From: Rhina ancylostomus
Lineage: Eukaryota
Direction of reading: 5' to 3'
Length of the DNA stretch: 64,000 nucleotides
Assembly (NCBI GenBank): GCA_030265395.1
Contig: JARFYF010000012.1
Span: 18,306,620 to 18,370,619, forward strand
The first letter of the stretch is position 1. Every line of letters begins with the position of its first letter. Made by a program: the position numbers and the translations under genes. Below are positions 1 to 12,045 of the stretch, piece after piece. The notes beneath the pieces were generated by a model. It ran no database searches, had not been told where the DNA came from, and saw only the letters and a program-made list of their open reading frames with translations.

Positions 1-143
1 GTGACACCTTACTCTGTATTCTGTTATTGTTTTTACCCTGTACTACCTCAATGCACTGTGTAATGAATTGATCTGTACGAGCGGTATGCAGGACAAGTTT
101 TCCACTGTACCTCAGTACAAGTGACAATAATAAACCAATACCA
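1..143 (+). mobile_element. 3' end of a Rex1/Babar-like LINE
   Basis: Tail ...cactgtacctcagtacaagtgacaataataaaccaatacca is nearly identical to the minus-strand tail at 52260-52320, which lies across a gap from Rex1-type RT sequence. Confidence 0.65.
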
Positions 144-641
144 GTATGAGGATGCATATTTAATGTCATTGGCAAAAGAAGCTGAGGTGACGTGAAGAAT
201 TTTTATGCAGCTGATTTGAATTCACTGCATCATACATAATAATTCAATACAAGCCTTGAAGAAGAAATGTATTGTGAATGTGAAGAAAAATAAAATTATT
301 TAGATAGGAGAAAAAAGTGGCTGGGGGATTGGGGTAAATGCCAGTTCTTTTGAAGAGCAATCCACCTATATGATGGGCTGAATGGTCTTCTGCTTTTCGT
401 AAATTTTCTGTGATTCTAAAGTGAAATCCTTCTCTGTAGAGTAGAAAAAATAAATTTGGGAGTTGATGTGGGCATTTTTCTTTTGCAGGCCTCTTGGTAG
501 ATACCTTGTCATTATTTTACTAAAGCATTTTGGGTTCAGGGGAGAAAATAATTGTAAGAGATCTTTTTACTTTTTTGGTCATGAAAAGTTTTCCAATTTT
601 TGTTAAAGCAGGAATATATTTTCTTTTATTTCTTATTTCAG

Positions 642-825
642 TACTGACCAGTGAGGGTATAGTGTTTATCTCAGATTTTTCACCATCCAAACCTCCCAGT
701 AGCTCAGGAAAGAAGGTTTATATATCAAGTCCTCATTCAAGTCCTGCCCATACAAAACCAGCAGCTACTGGTGCCAAGAAAGCTTTAAACAAAGTGAAAA
801 TCCTCATCACCAATGAAAAACCAAA
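642..825 (+). CDS. WDR11: WDR11 exon 5 (LTSEGIVFISDFSPSKPPSSSGKKVYISSPHSSP...ILITNEKP)
   Basis: tttcag| acceptor, AA|gtaagt donor, 184 nt, phase 1 to 2. Confidence 0.95.
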
Positions 826-1426
826 GTAAGTTGAATTTTAAGGTAAAAATTTTACAATTTACAAGCTCTGTTTCCATTTTGCTCTTTTAGATTAATTTTT
901 CTTTACTGAAAATTCTCTTCTTGATTAATAAGTGTTGTCAACATTTTATTTACCTGGCATTACAATTAATAATCCTAACATAAAGAATTAAAATAACTTT
1001 TCTTGAATAATCCAACAGCTTTCCTATTCAGGAAAATTTAGCAATATGAAAATTTTTTTACAGTAACTGGTGTTATTTTAAAATGTACACTTTGATTGTA
1101 TTCTACCAATCAGTAGGGAGTAATTGAATTATTTTAACAATGTATCATAGCTATGTATTTGAATGAATATGTTTTCCCCAAGTGAATTTCTATTTATTTT
1201 GTAAAAGGTTCTTAACTGTGGCTAAATTGTTTGGATCAAGGCATATACTTTTTCAGTGACAGTGATCCCAAAAATTCAAATTGCAGTGTATTTAAGAAAT
1301 TTATAACTTTTTCCACAGATAGCCATGCTGCTTAGCTTGCCAATATATATGGGTCCTATATAACAAAAACATATTTTCCTATGGTCTATTGCTCTACTGA
1401 GCACTAAACATGTCATCTTAAGCACA

Positions 1427-1636
1427 GACAATCTGCTGGAAGGACTCGGGTCGAGTAGCATCTGTGGAAGGAAAGAAATTGTAAACTTTTCAGGTCAAAA
1501 CACTGCATTAGGATACGGTTTCAACCCAAAACATTGACAGTTTCTTTTCTCCCACAGATGCTGCCTGACCCACTGAGTTCTTTCAGTAGATTGTTTGACG
1601 CTCCAGATTCCAGCATCTGCAATCTCTTGTGCCTCC
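1427..1636. repeat. Palindromic interspersed repeat ('cagatgctgcctgacc' family, Penelope-terminus-like)
   Basis: Imperfect inverted arms (gcatctgtggaaggaaagaaa vs tttcttttctcccacagatgc); related copies at about 5975-6045, 6225-6300, 27125-27240 and 39263-39460. Confidence 0.7.
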
Positions 1637-2274
1637 ATTTCATCTTAATAAGTATTCCATAAATTATTTTGAATATTATAATAAAACATTGGGATAAGGA
1701 CACAATTAGCATTCTTTACCTGTCAGTTCAGAGAGTGAGTTTGCCTGATGTTTGAATTAATAATTTCAATTGCCAGTTACTGGAGAAGGGGGTTAGCATT
1801 GATGGCATACATACATGGTGAGCCAAAGGACATGCTTCCATATTATCCAACTCTAAGTTGCTGCAAATGCAAGATGATTTAAGTGATGATATGGAACAAA
1901 TCGATCATTCTATATGAACAATCTGACAGTTTGCGTTTACGTTGATCCTTTGATAAGCTCAGGTTGTCCCAAAATACTTCAAACGCAGGTGAGTATTTTT
2001 TAATATGTCAGTTTTGGGTGTTGTATGAGCAAAGGTAGTGGCCCTTTGTATCAAAGAGTGCAATGTTGTTAATTCAGCAATAAATAATTTCCATTCAATT
2101 CATTTCACCACTTACCTGCTAATGACTCAGAAGAAAAGGTTTGAAATAAACCCCCCCCCCAACTTCATGACTGTNNNNNNNNNNNNNNNNNNNNNNNNNN
2201 NNNNNNNNNNNNNNNNNNNNNNNNNNNNNNNNNNNNNNNNNNNNNNNNNNNNNNNNNNNNNNNNNNNNNNNNNN

Positions 2275-3255
2275 TTAACAACATTTGAATGGTACTTGCA
2301 CAGGCACATGGATAGGAAAGGTTTAAGAGGGATATGGGCCAAAGGCAGGCAAGTGGGACTAGCTTAGATGGGAATCTTGGTTGGTGTGGACCAGTTGGGC
2401 CTAAGGGCTCATTCCCTGGCTGTATGACTCTATGATGTTGTGACCTGTAAGGAGATAATGGATGAGTGATCGGATGAAAACCCGGCAAAAGGAGTTTAAT
2501 GTGGGGAAGTGTGAAGTTCTGCAGTTCAATACGAGGAATCAAAAGATGGTTTATTAAATAAATGGAGAGACTGCAAATGAGTTCAGAGGACCTAGGTGAT
2601 TAATATATGAATCACAAAAACTTAGCAGGCAGGTCTGATAAGTAGTTAAGACAGCAAAAGGCACGTTGGCCTTTATTACAAAAGGGATTGGAGTTTAAGA
2701 ATAGGGGAGTTTTGTTACAAATGTACAGGATGTTGATGAGGGTAAAGCTGGAATACTGTGCACAGTTTTGGGCCCACCTTAAAAAGGATATAATAGCATT
2801 GGAGGCAGTCTGAAGGAGATTCACCAGGCTAATTCCTGGGGCAAGAAGGCTGTCCCATCAAGAGGCTGGATGGTTTGGGCCTGTAATCATTGGAGTTTAG
2901 AAGAATGAGGGGTTGCATTCAAACATATGAGATCCTAAGGGGGCTTGACAGGGTAGATGTTCTCACTAGCGGGAGGGTCATGAACAAGGGGACATAGCTA
3001 CAAAATAAGAAGCCAGTCATTTAAAACTGAGGTCCATATAAATTTCTTCTCTTGAGGGTAGTGAAGACCAGATCATTAGATATATTTAAGGTGGTGACAG
3101 ATAAATATTTGAAAGATTGAGCAATTGAGGGTTATGGGGAACTGACACAAAAAACAGTTGAGACTAACGTAGATCAGCCACGATCATATTAAATCACAGG
3201 ACAGGTTTGAGGAGTCTGATAGCCTACTCTTGCTCTTATTTTCTTGTTTTCTGTT
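2275..3255 (+). mobile_element. CR1-type LINE fragments (3' tail, then RT C-terminus and 3' UTR of a second copy)
   Basis: Decayed LEYCAQFW and RRFTRLIPG coding motifs; typical gggcc...tgtatgactctatga and gcctactc tails. Confidence 0.8.
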
Positions 3256-4516
3256 CAGCCCAATTAAATGTCACTATAAAGCTTGAAGTTAAATAGTACT
3301 TTTGGAGAGTAAATTATACCTCAGAGTACGTACACTATAACATGTTTTTTCTCATAAATTGCAGCTACGTGGGAACAATCTGAAGACCTACGTGAAATCT
3401 AACACCCTGGAAAATTACTGTCCACTCACTGTAATTAGTCCAATTAATTAAATGTGCAGATAGGAAAAAAACATTTTTATTGTTAGATTTTTTCCAAAGA
3501 ACATTAACGTAATTACAAGATGTCAACCAAAACACATACAATGTCCACTGGAAATATTACAGCTCAAGTTTTAAGTATGCAGCCTGCACATCCAAAGGCT
3601 GCCCTGTTACTCAACTGACTGAGCAGAAAATCTAAATACAAGTGCCTGCATTACCCAGAGTCACAAAGTACAGACTGAGGATTAAACCGATGAAATTTGC
3701 TTAGCAACCAACTCATTAGAAGCAGAGTTCAGAAACAGGCCAGCGATCCACTCACTCACTCCCTTATCTCCCCTGTAAAAGATAACAGTCTCCAGCTACC
3801 ATCAGTCTCAGTAAGCTGTGTCTTCAGGAACTTCAGGCCCTATTTTCCCCACAGCACTTTAAAAAATTAAATATTTCATTGCTGTGAAGTGTTTTGGAAG
3901 ATCACCTCAAAATACTACAGAAATGTAAGTCTAAAAAACATCGAATCAAGCCACACCGCATCATCTAATTTCCATGTATTTTGTCTTCCTTCACACAAAA
4001 TTGAAAGGGATAGGGGTGAACACGCACTGGAAGCAAAACAACATCACACAACTAAAATTAATTGTTATTCTCCAAGGAGACGATGGCTGCTGAAGAGGAG
4101 AAGTGGATGGGGACATTTGGTAACTGATGACAGGCGCCACGCAAATGATTAGTCACACTGGATTCCCTGCTAATCAATTCAAGATAAACTGGTTTCAAAA
4201 ACACAGGACTTGGTTTGGTCTGGGGAGTAGAATCACCTCCTTAACAATGGCGTACTGTAAAGATTGCCTCGACTGACTGACTCAAGCCACAAGGTTATGT
4301 CACACCACGAAAACCTCTAGGTCTTCAAATGAAAAAGGACTGACAACTCTGACTCTATCCCGTTCCCACATTAATCTTCATGTGGCAGACACAGCCTTGG
4401 TTTCATAAAGATCTATACTGATTTTAAAGATCGACCACAGACCACCTTACCCTGGAAATTCTCCATTTAAAATATATTGAATTTCAATCTCCTTCATTTC
4501 CATTAACCGTGCATTA

Positions 4517-4536
4517 ACACACACACACACACACAC
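4517..4536. repeat. (AC)10 microsatellite
   Basis: Direct read. Confidence 0.9.
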
Positions 4537-4929
4537 TACTATAATTACCCACTCACTCTTTTTAAATAATGATCTTGGAGTTTATTTTGTTTCCCCCAAA
4601 GTTAACTTTTAATACTTTTTCCACAAGGCAACGGAACATAAAAGTGACACCACTTTGGCCTCAGCAGCGTTTGCAATTTGCACTGAGCTCCGCCGAGTGA
4701 AGGAGAAACCAGAAACAATCGACATTTATCACTTTCTGGTGGAGATTTTTAGACATTTAAAAAGTTAAATGGATACAACTGGTGGATCTTACTCTTAAAT
4801 GTTTTCGACAAAGGCTGCAACCTCCACACACCAGGATCAGCAACATTTGTTTTTCATTTTTTAAGAAGACATTTATATTTATTTTTAATCCCTCCCAGAA
4901 TAGATTTGATTTATTCACATTTAGAAAGA

Positions 4930-5525
4930 GCGAGCAAAAACACCTCAGCTTCTCCGGCTCAAGCCGCTGCCAGACGTCAGGTGTGATCGACACCAGCCGC
5001 CAGCCAATGGAAGACCAGGCTGTCGGTCCCTGCCCCGCCCGGTGAGGGCAAAAGGAACCAATCCGCGAAGAGGCGTCGCGGAACATCCGCCTGTAAGCCC
5101 GGTTGCCGGGCGCCCGCCCTTCTTTTGTTAACTCTCCGACGCCACCACAATATTTTCTTAAAATAAAGGGATGGTCTCTGTCAGACTGAGGAGGGCGGAG
5201 TAATTAGGTAGCCCAGGGAGGCCGGCGGACACTTACTTTCTGTGGAGCTGACAGGACTGCATAGTTAGACTGTGGGTAAGGTCATGGATTCGCCCGCTCC
5301 TTCCACTCGCGCTGCTGCTGCGGCAAAAAAAAGCCAGACGCAGCAACCGACGGCGCATGCGCGCTGCCAGCGCCGGTGGGGGGGGGGGCGCACGTCAGTT
5401 GCCGGCGCCCGGCAGTGCATGCGCATTCCCCCCACTGACGGCGCCGGGTGCGTGTCCTTTGCCGGCAGCGCATGCGCGTTGTGCAAACACCTGCCTCCCG
5501 CGGTGGTCACTCCAGAGATTCCGTT
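4930..5525. promoter_or_regulatory. CpG island / housekeeping-type promoter inside WDR11 intron 5
   Basis: Only CpG-dense, GC-rich block in the window. NRF1-type GCGCATGCGC at 5353 and 5468 plus a variant at 5415; CCAAT at 5004 and 5058; GC boxes at 5032 and 5111; CRE-like GACGTCA at 4973 and CACGTCA at 5391. Confidence 0.8.
5237..5340 (-). other. Candidate first exon of an antisense/nested transcript
   Basis: Minus strand reads ...ggCTTTTTTTTgccgcagcagcagc... just downstream of the NRF1 sites and ends AAA|GTAAGT (GT at 5236-5235). Confidence 0.5.
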
Positions 5526-6329
5526 CAGTTTGCATCCTATGTTTTGGGCATCAACTTTTCTATCCCGCTCATCTTTTTTATTGTTAATGGTATTGAGCAG
5601 GATAAAGACGTTGAGTTGGAGGAAATGGGTGGCGCCACCACCCACTGGAGGGCTGGGAGAATCTGGGCAGTTGCACACCTGACCTTGCACGTTGTAGGTT
5701 ACACTTCAAATGGCAATGAAATTATTACTTAACCTGAGGAGTTCCATGGATCCATAAATCAGACACAGCGAGGATGGGAAATTCTGGATAAAGGGATTTC
5801 CTACCATATCAACTTGGATTTAGTAAAGTTTTTAATGTAGAAAAAAAATGTCCCAAGGCACTTCACAAGGGTGAATCTAGTGAGGTTTTGATACTGGGCT
5901 GCTCTAAATGGCCTTTAAGGCCAGATAAAAATTTAAGCTGTGCCTCAAAAGCAGAAGATGAAGTGTGCTGGTGGTACGCTGAGTTCCTCCAGCAGATTGT
6001 TTGCTGCTCCATATTCCAGCATCTGTGGTCTCTTGTGTCTCTCTGCTGGTGGAAATGTCCTGGACATAATTTCTAGAATACCATTTTGCTTACATTGGGA
6101 AAGAAATTACGTTAGGTGATGGTTTTGCAAAGACTTCCGTTCAGTCCACTGGGATGATCAAATTTTTCAGGTCACGGGTCACTTAAATTCACTATTCCAC
6201 TCCCAATCTGACCTCTAAGCAAAATACTGCAGATGCTGGAAATCTAAAATTAAATCAAAAAATGCTAGAAATATTCAGTTTGTCAAGAAACATCTGTACC
6301 AGCACAGCACGATGGCTGAAACGGCCGTG

Positions 6330-7070
6330 AGTATAAATGCAAGGATGGCGTTCCACAATCTTACAAGGCCTTGCTGAGACCACAGCTGGAGAATTGTGCA
6401 CAGTTTTGCTTTCCTTATCTAAGAAAATATGTACTTGTCATTAGAGGGAGTGCAACAGAGGTTCACCAGACCGATTCCTACAATGGTGGAACTGTTTTAT
6501 GAGAGACTGGGTCAACTAGGCCTGTACTCGCCAGAACTTAGAAGAATGGGAGGGAATCTCATTGAATTGCACACATTTCCGACAGGGTGGGTATAAGGGA
6601 GGATGTTTCCCCTGGCTAGCTGGTGGATGAAGGGCTGGTCTAGATCAAGATCAAGGGGTCACAGGCTCAAGATATGTTGTTAAACATTTAGGATGAGGTG
6701 AGGATGGTGACCCTATGGAATTTTCTAATGCAGGAAGCTGTGAGGTCAAACTACTGAATATTTTTGAAATCAATAGGGTTAGAAATATACAAACATAGAA
6801 AAACCCCCAATGCAATTCAGGCCCTTCGGCCCACAAAGCTTTGCTGAACATGTCCCTACCCTAGAAATTACTAGGCTTACCCATAGCCCTCAATTTTTCT
6901 CATCTCCATGTACCTATCTAACAGTCTCTTAAAAGACCCTATTGAAACACAAAAGGCAGCAGAGGTTTGTTATTGAGGTAAGGATCAGCCATGATCATAT
7001 TGAATGATGGAGAGGGCTCGAAGGGCCGAGTGGCCTACTCCTGATCTTATTTTTCTATGTCTCTATGTAT
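6330..7070 (+). mobile_element. CR1-type LINE 3' fragment carrying an inverted CR1 tail at about 6785-6945
   Basis: Decayed RPQLENCAQF and VQQRFTR motifs, 3' tail gggccgagtggcctactcctg; internal minus-strand tail ggcccttcggcccac. Confidence 0.75.
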
Positions 7071-7288
7071 TGTATGGTGTGGCAGGCAGGTGAAGCTCAA
7101 TGACCTTCTTATGGTTCAGGCTATAATCTTGGGTGGCGAAGAAGCAGTTCAGAAACAAGGGGACAGAGAGATGTGGTGGTGAGGTGTAGCTGAGTGTTAT
7201 CAGCCTACAGGCAAACTGATTTCAGCATGTGGAAGGGCAAACATAAGTACAGGACCTTGGAAGACACAAGGGACGTGGGAAAGTCTTA

Positions 7289-7516
<228 letters not shown>

Positions 7517-7589
7517 CTAAGTGGAGAGGGAGGACCATCTCTTCCAGGGAGCATGGTGCATCTCCAGGAGTGCTGGTAGATTATTTGGC

Positions 7590-7755
7590 TACGTAAATTA
7601 CCCTTTAACATAGGTAAATGAATCAAAGGGGAGTTGATAGGCATGCAAGAGAGAATAAAGTTGCAAGCTGAACTAGGAGAGGGGGAATGGGATTGCACTG
7701 ATGCAGCCAGCATGAACCCAATGGGCCAAGTGCCCTCCTTTTGAATTGTAACAAG
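7590..7755 (+). mobile_element. 3' part of a V-SINE/HE1-like SINE
   Basis: taaattaccct...gagagaataa...gggaatgggattgc...atgggccaagtgccctcct resembles the reverse complement of the SINE at 36845-37180. Confidence 0.5.
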
Positions 7756-8053
7756 TAAGTACATTCAGAGGGTGTAAAGCACAAGAGGGGGGGGGAATAG
7801 GATAGAGGTTGGAGCAAAATATTGGAGGGAGTACAAGGAATGAATTATTCTCCAGTATCTGTTTAGCCCTAAAGGCCAGTCGTGAATTTTTACCCTCAGG
7901 ATTACTCAAATCAGAATTTTCTGGCCTGATATGGAATACTTTCTAGCATTATGAGGTACCTAATTTCATGGAGGACAATATTCAGGGAAAATTCTTATCC
8001 TACAATAAAAAGGTTTCTGAAATTGTATATTTTATTGTTTACCTGGTTTTCAG

Positions 8054-8219
8054 TGCCGAGTCTGTAACTTTGAATGACTGCCTGCAGTTATCTTATCTGC
8101 CATCAAAGAGGAACCATATGCTGCTGTTGTACCCCAGAGAAATCCTGATTCTTGACTTGGAGGTAAACCAAACCGTAGGCATAGTGGCAATTGAAAGAAC
8201 AGGAGCTCCTTTCCTACAG
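8054..8219 (+). CDS. WDR11: WDR11 exon 6 (AESVTLNDCLQLSYLPSKRNHMLLLYPREILILDLEVNQTVG...PFLQ)
   Basis: ttttcag| acceptor, CAG|gtaaat donor, 166 nt. Confidence 0.96.
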
Positions 8220-8839
8220 GTAAATGTTCTACAGAAACACTGTCTTTTTCTGATATTGACACATTCAGTATAAAAAGGAAATATTTAACTGGTGGAATTG
8301 AGACATTTTTTTTGTGTGACATTATCATTGAAGTTGGAAATGGCAGTGTTTGGAAATCCAATGAATGTTACCCATATCCAGTTCCTGCATTTTCACTTTT
8401 GTTACTAAAAATCAGGACTGCATTGAGAATGATTTGAAATCAAGAAATGAGTAATGATTTAATTTCATTACTTCCATATGAGGTTGGATGAAATTTGTAC
8501 GTTTTGGAAACATCTGAATTAATTCACTGCACATTACCAAATTATGGATAACTTCACATTCGGGGTAACTTGGAGCATCCAACAGTAACCTAGGCAGAAG
8601 TAGGACGGAGGTTCTTCTGAGGAGATAAAGTAATGATTTCTGGTTTACTATCTGAGCTTTGTATAATTTGGCATGTGAGTGAAACAGATCAGAGAGTTAA
8701 ATGCATGGTTCAGAGACTATAGTAAAATGAGTGATTTGTGGGGCCCTGACACAGTTACTAAGGAAAGTATTGCTTTGCTGTTCCAATCGAATGGGTTCCA
8801 GTTCTAATGTAAGGTGTTTCCTGAAAGATATTGCAAGAT

Positions 8840-9265
8840 TTTACAAGATGAATTACAGGGATGTGTGGTCTATAAAGAAAATATGTTGAATGAGCCTGTA
8901 CTCTCTTGAGTTTAGAAAAACACAAGGCCATTTCGATGAAATATGTAAGATTGTGAGAGGGTTTGACAGGTTGGTTTTTGATGCACTGTTTCCCTAGGTT
9001 GGAGAATCTAGAAATAGCCTGAGACTATACTTTCAAAGTGGTAGGTCATAGCTGAAATGAAGAGAAGTTTTTTTCACCAACAACCCTTAGGAATTATTTA
9101 ACTCTAGAAGGTGCATGCTCAGTCATTGCATGTATTCAAGGCTTAGATCCATGAATCAAGAGAGATGGAGAGCCAGTGGTGAGGTTGTTATAATTTGGAA
9201 ATAGTAGAGCAGACCCAGTGGGCTTAGAACTTCTGCTCCAATTTCTAATGTGCTTATTTTCATAA
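8840..9265 (+). mobile_element. Decayed CR1 3' fragment
   Basis: gagtttagaa...gatgaaatatgtaagattgtgagagggtttgacagg (YKI.RG.DR motif) and cttctgctccaatttct tail. Confidence 0.55.
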
Positions 9266-9562
9266 TAACATCTCCCTAGGTATAATCTGAGTACCTGTAA
9301 TAATTCTACCATCTGGCTGTTTCCTGTTAACGGATACTGCAAAATAGAGATAATGACAAATACACGACTCAAGTGAAGTCACTATTTTTGGTTTGGTTAT
9401 TTACCATCCAGCAAGTTGAAAGCCGTTGTTTTATGTATCTATAATATTTTCAGTTTATGCCAGTAATGTCTGTGAAAATGTAGTTCCAATATTTTCTCAT
9501 GTTTGAATGTACCACTCTTCAGTGAAGTTGAATTTTTTAAGCTGTTCACTTTCTTGCCCTAG

Positions 9563-9677
9563 GTCATTCCTTGTCGCCAACGAGATGCATTGTTCTGTCT
9601 TCATGAAAATGGTTGTATTACATTGAGAATACGTCGATCGAATTCCACTTCACTGGTGCTCCCCATTGAAGAGCAGG
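9563..9677 (+). CDS. WDR11: WDR11 exon 7 (VIPCRQRDALFCLHENGCITLRIRRS...EEQ)
   Basis: ccctag| acceptor, G|gtgagc donor, 115 nt; absent from ORF track. Confidence 0.95.
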
Positions 9678-11846
9678 GTGAGCATGTCTGCTAATCATTG
9701 TTGCTAGGTGACAAAATGCAAATTATTTATCATTGAATAAAGTTAACAGATACAACTTGACTGAGAGTTTTGAATGATTTCCAGCCAGTATTCTAATCCT
9801 GGTATTCAACTGAAAATTATGAAAAATAAATCTATTCTTATATTTGTAAGTTGTGACTCATTTGGTAGCACTTTTCCCCTTTGAGGTTCCATGTTCAAGT
9901 TCCACTCCAAAGATTTACTGAGAAAATGTTGCGCTATTAGAGTTGAATCACTTTGTTAAAATTCTCTCAATTGATACTGTTTTGGTCTGTGGTAATATTT
10001 TTTCCTTAATCGATGTTTATCTGCTCATCATCCAAGTGCTGTTCTGTAAGATCAATATGAGAAAATTGGCAGCCTATTTCCTGTATTACAACAGTAACTA
10101 CATTTAAAAATATCCCACTGGCTCTAAAGCAATTTGGGACATTCTGAAAGGAATGAGAAAGACATTCTGTTTTTGTTTTGCAAACACTTGTGCTATTGTT
10201 GGCTTAATTTTTCAACTAATACTTCTACAATAAGTATTTTAAACATGCTTTCATCACAGAAGTTCATCAAAAATCACAAAATAAATATACAGTCCAGTAT
10301 TTTTATTTTCTGTTCCTGTCAATTGATGACCACAAATGGCATCTATCACTTTCTCTTTCCTCTTCTAAATCTTATCTTTTAACTAATTTGAACAAAACCT
10401 CTTTATCCTATATTTACAACCTAAATTCAGTCATTATGTTTGCCAAAGTGAAGTCCTTATTTAATTGCTGCACTCTAATAATGCTTTTGGTTATTGTGGT
10501 TGTATTGTATAACTATAGTGGTTATGTTTTATAGTCTTAATGAATCATTTTGCAATGTGCTGTAAAAAGTTATACTCCAGCATCTATTAGTAGGATCTAC
10601 TAATAATAATTAGAAGAGAGGCAATTCTCTTTTTTAAAATGCATTTCATTTGAAGAGTTGTTATAAAAAGCATTTATGCTGCAATTTTCAAATTTATCTT
10701 ATTATTCAACAACATATTGCACCATATTTAATACGTATTTCATTGTAAGTACACTGAAGTCAATTAATGCATTTCAACTTGAGGGAAAATAAAAGATTGG
10801 TAAATATAAGATGAGGACATTTCTTCATGGGGGAAGAGGGAGTAGTTAAAGATGGGATTAACTGATTTATTGAGGAAGAGTGTGGTCTTGCAGTTGGTGG
10901 TGAACAAATGAGTGTTTTCTGCTGTTTAAGTATAGGATATGATTATTGGTTTAGATGAATTCTTGAGATTGCAGAGGGGTGTAAATGCATTAAAGAAGTG
11001 AATAGCTGGGGGAGTGGATACTGTTCAGTTTATATAGTATATCTTGAGAGTAGGGAAAGATTGCAGGGAAAAACATGCTAAGTATTAAGAGTGAAGAGAA
11101 AAACCTAAGGGTGAATTCGTACATCTTTGAAAGTGGTAGTGTCTTGTTATGTTTCCTGTGTTAAACAAATTATATAAATTGTGGTTGCAGTAATCTGAAA
11201 AGGTCATGAATAAGACAAATAGGATTCTGAGTTGTATGCAGGAGCAGTGCAAAAGAAAATAACCCTGAATATCCATAAAACATTGGCTAAGCATTATTAT
11301 TGTAGTAGTATTTAGTTTTTAGTTTCCTTTGTGAAAAGTATTAACACTGTGAAAAAGCAACATGAAAATTTATTTTCAAGGAGAGTTTATTGTTATAAAG
11401 GTTTGAAAATTTAACATAGAAGTTAGGCAGGTCTTTGAAAACATTTTTAAAAAGCCTTGGAAGTTTCGATAGATGGGAATGCTCTATCCCTTGCTTAGCC
11501 TTCTGTCAAGGGCAGGCAGATCTAACTGTAAGATCAGGCCTAATAACTATAAACTCTTATGAATGATTACTGTTGAAAATCTGATGGGGAATATTTGAAT
11601 TGGAAAAATATTAGGAAAATTGAATTAACAACTTATAGATGGAAAGGGGCTGTGACGACATTCCAGTTACTTTCACCTTTTATTTCCTATGGTTCTAAAA
11701 CTTGCATTTGTTTATAACTTTATCCATGGTACAAAACATTTCATTTTGTTGGAGTATAAATGCAACACCTATGCAAATTGGACATCATTTAATTAGTCTT
11801 TCAGAGGATTCTTTCAGACAAAATAACATTTTTATCATGTTTTTAG

Positions 11847-12045
11847 ATCCAGATCAACCTGCTCAAGAACTTGCTTATGATTTGCGTTGTCAATGTGATG
11901 CTATCAGGGTAACTAAGACAGTTCGTCCTTTCAATATGGTGTGCTGTGCTGTCAATGAAAATTCTGCTGCATTGATTGTTAGTGATGGCAGAGTGATGTT
12001 GTGGGAGTTGAAATCCAACCTATTGGGACCAAAACCTTATTACAG
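11847..12045 (+). CDS. WDR11: WDR11 exon 8 (PDQPAQELAYDLRCQCDAIRVTKTVRPF...WELKS...)
   Basis: ttttag| acceptor, AG|gtatct donor, 199 nt. Confidence 0.95.

Noticed and set aside
1883-1926. GTGATGA...CTGA as a box C/D snoRNA
   Set aside because: Too short (about 44 nt), no terminal stem and no recognisable rRNA antisense element. I also found no convincing snoRNA on the minus strand between 3300 and 5236.
5265-5732. Overlapping 63-141 aa ORFs across the CpG island
   Set aside because: Expected in GC-rich, stop-poor DNA; low-complexity Ala/Arg/Gly/Pro content with no recognisable domain.
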